A stretch of DNA of 64,000 nt from a virus, in IMG/VR virus record IMGVR_UViG_3300044878_000031, positions 32,001-96,000 of that record. One strand, 5' to 3'. The notes beneath the pieces are model-generated. The model did no database searches. It was not told the DNA's origin and saw only the letters and a list, made by a program, of their open reading frames with translations. Shown in pieces: positions 16,517-23,896 of this stretch. Position 1 is the first letter of the stretch. The number at the start of each line of letters is the position of its first letter. The position numbers were made by a program, and so were the translations under genes.

Positions 16517-16655
16517 TGGTCCTCCGCTGTCGGATCTACCGACGCGACCGCTTCAACTGACCCCCGGCGTACGGGACGTTTAGGTTACACTAGAACAACA
16601 TTCCCACGCAGTAGCGTTCACAATGCGCACTCTAATGGCCTTGGTCTACAGAGGA
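16517..16655 (-). ncRNA. CCA-terminated, acceptor-stem-containing RNA (~140 nt)
   Basis: CCTCTGT/GCGGAGG stem plus ACCA end, preceded by a GTCGG-TAGAT-CCGAC hairpin in the T-arm position. Confidence 0.55.
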
Positions 16656-16669
16656 TGAAACTATGAATT

Positions 16670-16799
16670 TGGCCCCGAGGGGTGGACTCGAACCACCGAC
16701 CTCCCGCTGGCAAGCGTGTTTAAACGTTCTCGCCACGTTAGTAGCTATCAACGTAACCGCATGTCTAACGAGTGTTCTAACCGACTGAACTACCCAAGG
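16670..16799 (-). ncRNA. tRNA-like RNA with a ~53-nt insertion in the anticodon loop
   Basis: Canonical D arm, T arm (GGTGG-TTCGAGT-CCACC) and GCCA end; stem CTCGTT/AGCGGG closes a large structured insert. Confidence 0.78.
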
Positions 16800-16808
16800 G
16801 ATTGAAAG

Positions 16809-17029
16809 ACTAACCGCTACCCCGACCTACGGAATGCAATACTCACTGTGACCTCTGGAGGAAAAGAAAGAAAACCCCAGAGCAACTCGGTATGCAATCG
16901 AGCCATGTAACACATTGAGTCGGGTCACGCTACTCCAACCGCAGAACACCGGAAGTCCGTCAAGTCCCAGTAGATTCCCCTTTCGCCGTGAAGCTAGAGG
17001 TCGTGCTGGAATCCCTGCTATCGGTCAGT
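16809..17029 (-). ncRNA. Candidate structured leader RNA of the tRNA operon (~220 nt)
   Basis: Terminal stem ACTGACCG/CGGTTAGT (G-U on minus); internal stems GGATTCC/GGAATCT, CTCTGGGG/CTCCAGAG, ACTCA/TGAGT; no ORF. Confidence 0.5.
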
Positions 17030-17095
17030 AACGTGTAGGTCTCTCAATAGATCACTGGAGTATGTAAATTATTACGTAAACTCAGGCAAAAAAAA

Positions 17096-17114
17096 AGGCC
17101 CGGTGAAGGGCCCC
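17096..17114 (-). terminator. Intrinsic terminator
   Basis: GGGCCC/GGGCCT-type GC hairpin followed by a long U-tract on the minus strand. Confidence 0.75.
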
Positions 17115-17128
17115 ATTGGAAAAGGGTG

Positions 17129-17542
17129 TTACGGAATCTCTGGGAAGCCCACGATCTTCAGGACTAGGTTACGCTTACGGCGATACCAACCAATGGATCT
17201 GGTAGGGTAGCCACGTTCCTCACTCTGCTTACGAATGGTCTCGTCATCTTCAAACAGCAGGGGGACTGGGAAGTATCTCCAGTGTTCTTGACTACCGTGC
17301 CTGACTAAGGCGTGGAGTGTACGCTTACTCCAATTGCCGGTGGTAATGCCTTCGATCAATTCTTGTTTGATTGCTTCGATGCACTCGGCTGCGTTGGAGG
17401 CGTTGAATAGATTGTTGTAGTGCGCAACAGTTGTACCTGACTCTTCGTCGTTAGCACGTTTCATGATGTATAGGACACCACCATTCTCATGCTTGGCAAT
17501 GTTACCGTTAGCGTAAGTGTGAGTGTGGTATTCGCGGGTCAT
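17129..17542 (-). CDS. Early hypothetical protein
   Basis: Start moved to ATG 17542 (MTREYH) because the early promoter lies inside the longer ORF call. Confidence 0.75.
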   Translation of the reverse strand: MTREYHTHTYANGNIAKHENGGVLYIMKRANDEESGTTVAHYNNLFNASNAAECIEAIKQELIEGITTGNWSKRTLHALVRHGSQEHWRYFPVPLLFEDDETIRKQSEERGYPTRSIGWYRRKRNLVLKIVGFPEIP

Positions 17543-17591
17543 GGGTAATACCTTCTGAGGCCAATAGATTAGAGGGAGTTTGTAGCGTGTA

Positions 17592-17618
17592 CACCAAAGT
17601 AATATATATCTGAAACTT
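17592..17618 (-). promoter_or_regulatory. Early promoter
   Basis: AGTTTCAGATA-TATATTAC-TTTGGTG on the minus strand. Confidence 0.75.
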
Positions 17619-17671
17619 CTTTGATTCAACCCCGAATAGAATGAAGGGTTATTTTACTTTGGGGTGTTCTA

Positions 17672-18289
17672 ATGAACCGTTTGCAGGAACTGGTACAGAT
17701 CGGGGAACTCGATCTAACCTACAGTCCTGAGGGGCTGGAGATGATGGAGGAGGCTTCTGCTGAAGTCCCTTCCAAGACGATCTACATATTGCTTACCGAT
17801 ACCAAGACTCTGGTCAGTAAGGTTAGCCGTATGGTTACAGGTGATCCGTACAACCACGTGTCGCTGATGCTGTCTGATGACTTCGATGATGGTATCTATA
17901 CCTTCAGTCTGGGGAACGGCGTCAACGGCATTAAGGGTGGCTTCATGGTGGAGGATCGTGCAAACCTGAAAGGGTCTCACTACTCCATGTACAAGATGGG
18001 AGTCACCTCTGACGCGTACGACAAGATCAAGACTCGAATCACTGACTACGTCAAGGGTATCGAGAAAACGTCATACAACCATCTGGGGTTGTTTAACGCG
18101 ATCTTCAAGAAGAACATCTTTAAGACCGAGGATGGCCAAACTTCGATCTGTTCTGAGTTCGTCGTTGAAGTCCTGAAGTTCTCCGGCGTAGAACTCTTCG
18201 CCAAAAGATTCGCCAGCTCTGTAAGACCTTACGAGTTGATCAAATCGAAACTGTTGAAGTTCCACCGTCGTGGCGTCATAAAACCCTAA
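17672..18289 (+). CDS. Permuted papain-like (NlpC/P60, YiiX/YebB-like) protein, probably virion-packaged
   Basis: His before Cys order: YNHVSL ... Y-N-H-L-G ... ICSEFV; N-terminal acidic leader with GLE site. Confidence 0.78.
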   Translation: MNRLQELVQIGELDLTYSPEGLEMMEEASAEVPSKTIYILLTDTKTLVSKVSRMVTGDPYNHVSLMLSDDFDDGIYTFSLGNGVNGIKGGFMVEDRANLKGSHYSMYKMGVTSDAYDKIKTRITDYVKGIEKTSYNHLGLFNAIFKKNIFKTEDGQTSICSEFVVEVLKFSGVELFAKRFASSVRPYELIKSKLLKFHRRGVIKP

Positions 18290-18334
18290 GTCTAGACCGG
18301 CTCACTTAGGTGGGTCGGTTTATGGCGGCATAAA

Positions 18335-18897
18335 AGCGCGGCTCGAGGGAATCTCGAACCTACTCCAGAACTTTCACAGCCCGGTAGGGCAGGAGCGTCT
18401 GTTTCGCGTTGGAATCCCTGCGGCTTTGCTTTTATGTTTTCTTACTGTCAAACACGTTGGCTTTTTGTGGCTGTGATCGTCTTCTTTCCAAGGCCTTGGT
18501 AAGTGTTGCCTTAGATCCACACTAGCTCAGGTACACCCTTTACGTGCTCCGGCCTCACACTGAGGCTCTATCAACATTTGAATGCTCGTGAACCTCTAAG
18601 CGCTATAAGGTGGCCAAGAGGTATGCTTGCCCGGCCCTTTGCCGAGTGCATTACCACCGTGCCACTTATTGATGGGCTTAGAAAGGCGCAAGGCTATTGA
18701 TTGTGGTTTGCCGGAATCTCTCCCTATGTCGGGTATCAAACTGAACACGAGCAAGTGCGTCAGTCTGAAAAGTGCGAACACTCTAACCCAACTAGAAATC
18801 CCCAACCAAAGCCAGTTCTTCAACTCTTCTGTCACGGTGTGCGCGTTAACCGTTGGACTTTCAGTCATCAGATTATACTGGAGGTCTCCTATGACTG
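18335..18897 (-). ncRNA. Candidate large (~560 nt) ornate non-coding RNA
   Basis: Long nested helices with many G-U pairs on the minus strand, a UUCG loop, multiway junctions; ends at the genome's TTTTATGCCG terminator tail. Confidence 0.62.
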
Positions 18898-19206
18898 GCA
18901 CGCACCTCGAGCGTGGGTCAGCGGAATCCCCGCAGCGAGTCTCGGACTCGCAGTACGTAGATGAATGGAACAGTCCGGCAAGTCGTACCACACGTCCACG
19001 GCGCGATCGCGCCAGAGGTCGCTATGAACCAAGCCAGCATCAAACTGACGGGGCAGTAGCCCAATCTGCTCAGCGGTGACATGGTGTGGATTATGATAAC
19101 CGCGATAGCTACCATCGTCTTCGACGACTTCGATACCGCGATCTATCAATGCTTGCGCGACTAACGAACCTAACCCTAGACAGCCCCCAATGAGGAGAAC
19201 TCTCAA
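18889..19206 (-). CDS. Hypothetical protein (N-terminal Rossmann-like VLLIGG.G.LGS segment)
   Basis: TTG start with AAGGA RBS, downstream of phuZ in the same operon. Confidence 0.6.
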   Translation of the reverse strand: MRVLLIGGCLGLGSLVAQALIDRGIEVVEDDGSYRGYHNPHHVTAEQIGLLPRQFDAGLVHSDLWRDRAVDVWYDLPDCSIHLRTASPRLAAGIPLTHARGACQS

Positions 19207-19219
19207 GTGCAGTCCTTAC

Positions 19220-19414
19220 TCAGCCCAACCCTACTCCTGAAGGGCGGTTCTCGACCATGTGTTTAGCAGGATCGTAAACCACCTTCTCGTAGCAGTTGTG
19301 CCAAGGCTTTCCTTGACAACACGTACAGTGGAACGGAGCAGCCGCTGGAGAGGTGAGTAACTCAATCACCCCGCACTTGTCACAGGCGTACTCCAACAGC
19401 GCTCCACCACTCAT
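19220..19414 (-). CDS. Small Cys-rich (Zn-ribbon) protein
   Basis: CxxC ... CxxC ... WH; start overlaps the phuZ stop codon. Confidence 0.75.
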   Translation of the reverse strand: MSGGALLEYACDKCGVIELLTSPAAAPFHCTCCQGKPWHNCYEKVVYDPAKHMVENRPSGVGLG

Positions 19415-20388
19415 TACAGCACCAGGCCGTCGTCGGTGACGGTGTCCTTGGCATCGTTGATCAACTTCTGGGCAGCAGCGCGGCCTTCGCTACGCTGTTC
19501 GAAGTCGTTGATGGTCGATTGTAGGCGATCGAAGGTAGCACCCAGGTGTTGGGTGGATACCACGAAGTGCAGCTCCTGGATGTCTTTCACCGGATGTAGG
19601 AAGTAGCCAGTGCAGGAGTATTCCGGCACGGGGGTTTCCAGATGCGGCTGATTACGATCGGCGTACAGCGAGGCGATCGAGATCGGGTCAGCAATTTCAG
19701 ACACGTCGCTGGCGCCAGCGAAGATGTCCAGCAGAACCAGTTGAGCTTCTACGCTGGTCGACTTGTTGATGTTCAGCCAGTTGTAGATGTCCTTGGTGTC
19801 CAGCTCGGCGTTCTGACGCGAGGCCAGGTAGCACAGGCAGGAGATTGCGAAGTCCAGTTGGTCGTCGACAATCTTGCGAGTAGCTTCGCCGCCGTTGTGA
19901 CGGTAGAACGCGACCAGCGGTTTGTCGATTTGCTTGGTGATAGCCGACAGGGACTTCACGGTGTTCAGGGTGTTGCGTGCAGTGATCGCAGCTTCGGACG
20001 AACCGGCGGAAACGATAACTACGGAGTGACCACGGTCAGCCAGCTCTTTTGCCAGCAGTGGGCCGATTACCGAACCCGAACCGCCCGACGCCGAGAAGAC
20101 GACGATGTTGAAATCTTCAGGAGCCTGCTTGAGCAGGATCTGTTTGATGACTGCGGAGATCTGCGCGTGGTTCTCTTTACGCACTTTACCGGAGCCGTCG
20201 GTTTTCTCGAGGATGAATACGTCTTCTTCCTTGACCGTGTCGGTCAGGTTGGAACGACTGGTGTCCACGAAGCTTGGGAGCAGATCCGCGAAGCCCGGTG
20301 CGGATTGACGATTCAGGTAACGCAGGGCAACGTTCACGCCCAGACCACCACAACCGTACAGACGCACTTTACCTTTACCTTGTTCCAT
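19414..20388 (-). CDS. phuZ: PhuZ phage tubulin
   Basis: GCGGLGVN, DTSRSN, GSGKVR, tubulin signature SGGSGS, NAELD, acidic C-terminal tail DDGLVL. Confidence 0.95.
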   Translation of the reverse strand: MEQGKGKVRLYGCGGLGVNVALRYLNRQSAPGFADLLPSFVDTSRSNLTDTVKEEDVFILEKTDGSGKVRKENHAQISAVIKQILLKQAPEDFNIVVFSASGGSGSVIGPLLAKELADRGHSVVIVSAGSSEAAITARNTLNTVKSLSAITKQIDKPLVAFYRHNGGEATRKIVDDQLDFAISCLCYLASRQNAELDTKDIYNWLNINKSTSVEAQLVLLDIFAGASDVSEIADPISIASLYADRNQPHLETPVPEYSCTGYFLHPVKDIQELHFVVSTQHLGATFDRLQSTINDFEQRSEGRAAAQKLINDAKDTVTDDGLVL

Positions 20389-20541
20389 TTTCTACATCCT
20401 AGATCAGTTAATTTCGACGGTAGGTTTTACAAGAGTCGCATTACTCTCAATAGATACTACCACGGAATCTTTTTTTACAGATGCTCATAAGTATCGGGTA
20501 CTTTATGACCGTAGGTCCACATCTATAACCTCGAGGCCTTT

Positions 20542-21357
20542 ATGAATCCTATTCAAAAAGCAATCTCGGACGTCAAAGCGAGTATCCCTCGGGAGATCCT
20601 CGAACGCACGTTCATGAAGCCGGACTCGATTGCCTACGGTACACGCAGCTCTTATAGCCCTACCTCGTTAGACTTCCGTATTCGTACGGCGGTGATCGAG
20701 GGTAACGTTCTACCTGACTGTAACTTGGTCGGTGGTACTGAGGTGACTATTCCGTTGAGTTCAGTGATCCCACAAATGGTTTCTGACTACAACGTGATCT
20801 ACCGTGTGCCGAAGTCTCTCACCCAGAACCGCAGTATCCTGAGACTGTTACACCTGACCTTCGGTGATGGTGGTGTGGTCGGTAGTATGAACTTGGCTAT
20901 CCAAGGTCGCTCTGCCATGATGGATGCTGCTCAGGGCGTTCTACAGGCTCACCTGCCGATTCCTATCGTCTCCACGGCGAACTTGGAACTGGTAGCAGAA
21001 AACACGGTCATGGTGAAAGACAACATTACCATGCCGGGCAACCCGTACTTACGTTGTGTGGTAGAGGGCGACACTGAACTCAACCACTTGCAACCGACTT
21101 CGTATAAAGCGTTTTCGAAGTTGGTGGTATTGGCGACTAAGGCGTACATCTTCAACAACATTGCGATCCCGATGGACCAAGCAGCACTGTCGGGTGGTAT
21201 GGCGTTAGGACGTATCCGTGAAATCGTCGATGGCTACTCGGATGCTTACGAGCAGTACGATACCTACTTCGAGGAAGTTTGGCGTAAGGTGGCGATCTTT
21301 AACGATCCAGAAGCCAACAAGCGTCACCTCAAGTTACTTACCGGGGGTCGCTGGTAA
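20542..21357 (+). CDS. Conserved phiKZ-like hypothetical / virion protein
   Basis: 271-aa ORF with GAGG RBS, divergent from phuZ. Confidence 0.75.
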   Translation: MNPIQKAISDVKASIPREILERTFMKPDSIAYGTRSSYSPTSLDFRIRTAVIEGNVLPDCNLVGGTEVTIPLSSVIPQMVSDYNVIYRVPKSLTQNRSILRLLHLTFGDGGVVGSMNLAIQGRSAMMDAAQGVLQAHLPIPIVSTANLELVAENTVMVKDNITMPGNPYLRCVVEGDTELNHLQPTSYKAFSKLVVLATKAYIFNNIAIPMDQAALSGGMALGRIREIVDGYSDAYEQYDTYFEEVWRKVAIFNDPEANKRHLKLLTGGRW

Positions 21358-22097
21358 TGTATCAGGAGGGCTCGGGTAGTACCTTTACACACAACGGGAA
21401 AGAGTATCCGCTCGATCCCTTTCTGAAACGTGCTGCCAAACTTCCAGTGAAGCAGCTTTATATCAGCAAACTGAAGTGGAACCTTGACGGACTGACGTTA
21501 GACCCTGTACGCGTGGCTCAGGCCGACCCTAGCGTGCCGATCTTGTTTACCATGGACCCGAAGTGGGGTTACGTGATAATCGACGGTACGCATCGTTTGG
21601 CGAAGGCGGTGCAGGAAAAGCGTTATTCCATCCCAGGTCGTGAAATTCCCTACAGTTGGTTTGCTGAAGTTGGAACTGTCTCTATGGAAGATGATTCGAA
21701 CCCTACCTACACCGTGGGCAAAGTTACTCGTGAGCAGGCTTTCGAGTGGTTGTCACAATACGATCAACGTCGTCCTGAGTTCCCAGTACAACCGGGTTCT
21801 GTGGACGGTGAAGAGCGTGTGTACGCTTTCGCTTGGCACGGGGACGAGATCGTAGGCTACGCTTGCCTGTTAAACGGACAGCGTTACCTGATCGACATGT
21901 TCGTGCCTGAGTCGGGACGTGGCAAAGGTGTAGGACGTCAGTTAGTAGATTCTTTGCTGGTTGACCTAGTGGTTGTGAAGAAGTACCAGACAGACATCAT
22001 TGCTTTCCTGAAGGCTGTGGGGTTTACGCTGGAGAACGACTTCGTGAACACTAAGATCTATCGGAAGTACCACGGACCTAAGGTCCACGCTTACTGA
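21357..22097 (+). CDS. ParB/Srx-like domain plus GNAT acetyltransferase fusion
   Basis: PIL...IIDGTHRL (ParB/Srx-like) and FVPESGRGKGVG...FLKAVGF (GNAT acetyl-CoA motif). Confidence 0.72.
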   Translation: MYQEGSGSTFTHNGKEYPLDPFLKRAAKLPVKQLYISKLKWNLDGLTLDPVRVAQADPSVPILFTMDPKWGYVIIDGTHRLAKAVQEKRYSIPGREIPYSWFAEVGTVSMEDDSNPTYTVGKVTREQAFEWLSQYDQRRPEFPVQPGSVDGEERVYAFAWHGDEIVGYACLLNGQRYLIDMFVPESGRGKGVGRQLVDSLLVDLVVVKKYQTDIIAFLKAVGFTLENDFVNTKIYRKYHGPKVHAY

Positions 22098-22104
22098 CGG
22101 CATA

Positions 22105-22133
22105 GAGGCTCCCGTGTGGGAGCCTCGTTATGC
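22105..22133. terminator. Bidirectional terminator
   Basis: GAGGCTCCC/GGGAGCCTC flanked by CGGCATA and TTATGCG. Confidence 0.75.
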
Positions 22134-22135
22134 GC

Positions 22136-22477
22136 TTAGCGACGGTAGTGTCGGCTGAAGTTGAAGTACGGGGAGTCCTTCAGTTGAATCACTTCATGGC
22201 CAGCAGCAGCAAAGGTAAAACGCCCTACGCTGGAGGACAGGACAATCGCAGACTTATCGCGGGGTTCAATGTTCCACGAAACCTTACGCACTTTGTCTTC
22301 GTAGCTAGGTGCTAGCGCTTCCCAGTGCTTACGAGCGTACTCCATGATGTTGCCAACCATCCGAGTCTTGATCGGGTCTAGCAGACTGACTTGTTCCAGA
22401 TCACGGGTTTCACAACGACCTATGCGTCCTGTCAAGTCTTCGATCAATTCCTGAAAGCGTTTTTGGTGATGAGACAT
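22136..22477 (-). CDS. Hypothetical protein
   Basis: 113-aa ORF. Confidence 0.7.
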   Translation of the reverse strand: MSHHQKRFQELIEDLTGRIGRCETRDLEQVSLLDPIKTRMVGNIMEYARKHWEALAPSYEDKVRKVSWNIEPRDKSAIVLSSSVGRFTFAAAGHEVIQLKDSPYFNFSRHYRR

Positions 22478-22864
22478 TCTAAGGGTCTTCTGAGAGTTGG
22501 AGGATTGTTACTACATAGCGTAGTGCTATCACTGTAAAGTAATATCAGAATTTCGCCCCGATTTTTTATTTGTTGTTTAAAGCTCTCTGTTAGTAGTTTG
22601 TACGTGGTCTTGACGTACCTGTGGGGTACTAGCCCACTACACTCCTAGGTTAAGCAATTTCCCCAGGGAAAAAGGCTAGCATAGACTACGGAGTAGGCTT
22701 TGCTAACGCAGCCACTCACAAAGCAATATTGTTAAAGCTTCGCTTTGTTTCTATTGAACCCCCCAAACCCCCCTTTTCCTTCTTTTGCAAAACAACGTTA
22801 TACTGACAAAAGATATGCCCTCTAAATTATTCTTTTACCTAAGCAGGGAGCAACCTCCCTGCGT

Positions 22865-23272
22865 TTAGAGGTAGAAGTAGTCAGACGTGTTACACTCACC
22901 ACCATGATGCACAACAATCCGAGTCATCAGCAACTTGAAAGCAGCACTAGGTATCTCCATCAACGTATCGCCTAACCGAATGTAGTATCGGTCATACAGC
23001 AAACGTTTCAGTTGAGACATCACCGTGATTGAACAACGGTAGTGACATGGCTTAGCACGGATGTCATCCACGAAGGCTACCAGAGGCAGGTAATCGTAGA
23101 CAAACAACCGAACTGGAACCAGCCCTTCCTTTGAATCAACACCCACTTCCCGCAAAGCTACGAATCCATCCACAGAGCCCTCTAGGAGACGCTCTAACGA
23201 ACGATCTATGCTTCCGAGTACACACCCCAAGATTTCAGCTATCGTCGTGTCAACGGCTACTGACTGCTCCAT
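22865..23272 (-). CDS. Hypothetical protein
   Basis: 135-aa ORF with GGAG RBS. Confidence 0.7.
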   Translation of the reverse strand: MEQSVAVDTTIAEILGCVLGSIDRSLERLLEGSVDGFVALREVGVDSKEGLVPVRLFVYDYLPLVAFVDDIRAKPCHYRCSITVMSQLKRLLYDRYYIRLGDTLMEIPSAAFKLLMTRIVVHHGGECNTSDYFYL

Positions 23273-23320
23273 CGTAATCTCCGTGCATAAAGGAGGCTGC
23301 CCTAAAGCAACCCCCTTTGA

Positions 23321-23815
23321 TTAAGCGGCGCAGGCCACGTACAGCGCTGCGTCTTCGAGACTCGCTACTACCACCGCACCAGAGTCAGCCACTTGAGTTA
23401 ACAGGCGGCTACGTTCAGGAGTAGTAGGACGACCCACCACCACTGCACGCTCAGGATCACGCATGGCTTGTTCAGCACGCTCTACAGCGAACTGCGATAA
23501 ACCTGGTTCTTCTGGCAAGACGTAGATCTGCGTCGCATCGGCGAGTGCTTTCATCACGTCCTCTACAGCTTGCACTTGGAACTGGAGAGTTTCCAGGGAT
23601 GGGGTCGAGATTGCACCAACGTTCCAGACCTTAACATCCTTGTGGCATTCCATCATGATGGCTTCCCACTCACCCGAACCAACGTCACCGTGAATGATCA
23701 CGTTACGTTCGTTCTTGATCCCGTCTACGTCTGCCAACTCGTTATTAGGAGTGGCCACGTGATCAGGACTTTCATCTGCTTCATCAGAAGCATCGAAGTA
23801 ATCACCGAGAGACAT
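23321..23815 (-). CDS. Hypothetical protein, possibly nucleoside 2-deoxyribosyltransferase-like fold
   Basis: AGGAG RBS; loose resemblance to that family's alpha/beta pattern (VIIHG...W...ADA...E...VVVG). Confidence 0.5.
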   Translation of the reverse strand: MSLGDYFDASDEADESPDHVATPNNELADVDGIKNERNVIIHGDVGSGEWEAIMMECHKDVKVWNVGAISTPSLETLQFQVQAVEDVMKALADATQIYVLPEEPGLSQFAVERAEQAMRDPERAVVVGRPTTPERSRLLTQVADSGAVVVASLEDAALYVACAA

Positions 23816-23896
23816 ATCGAACTCCTTTAGTACAGTTGGGTCTCATAAGATCGCAAAAAAAAAAGAGGGAGTGTAACCTCCCTTCTTTTGTCGCCA

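Noticed and set aside
16517-16655. tmRNA call
   Set aside because: Too short, no G3:U70 Ala identity with a canonical T-loop, and no tag reading frame; kept only as an unknown CCA-ended RNA.
17007-18421. Shared 12-mer TGGAATCCCTGC in two ncRNA candidates
   Set aside because: About one such match is expected by chance within a few kb, and the two copies pair differently.
18850-18875. CTGATGA...GAAA (hammerhead-like) and GAAAGTCC (RNase P CR-I-like) on the minus strand
   Set aside because: No stem II or stems I/III for a hammerhead; no matching CR-V/P4 partner near the 3' end for RNase P.
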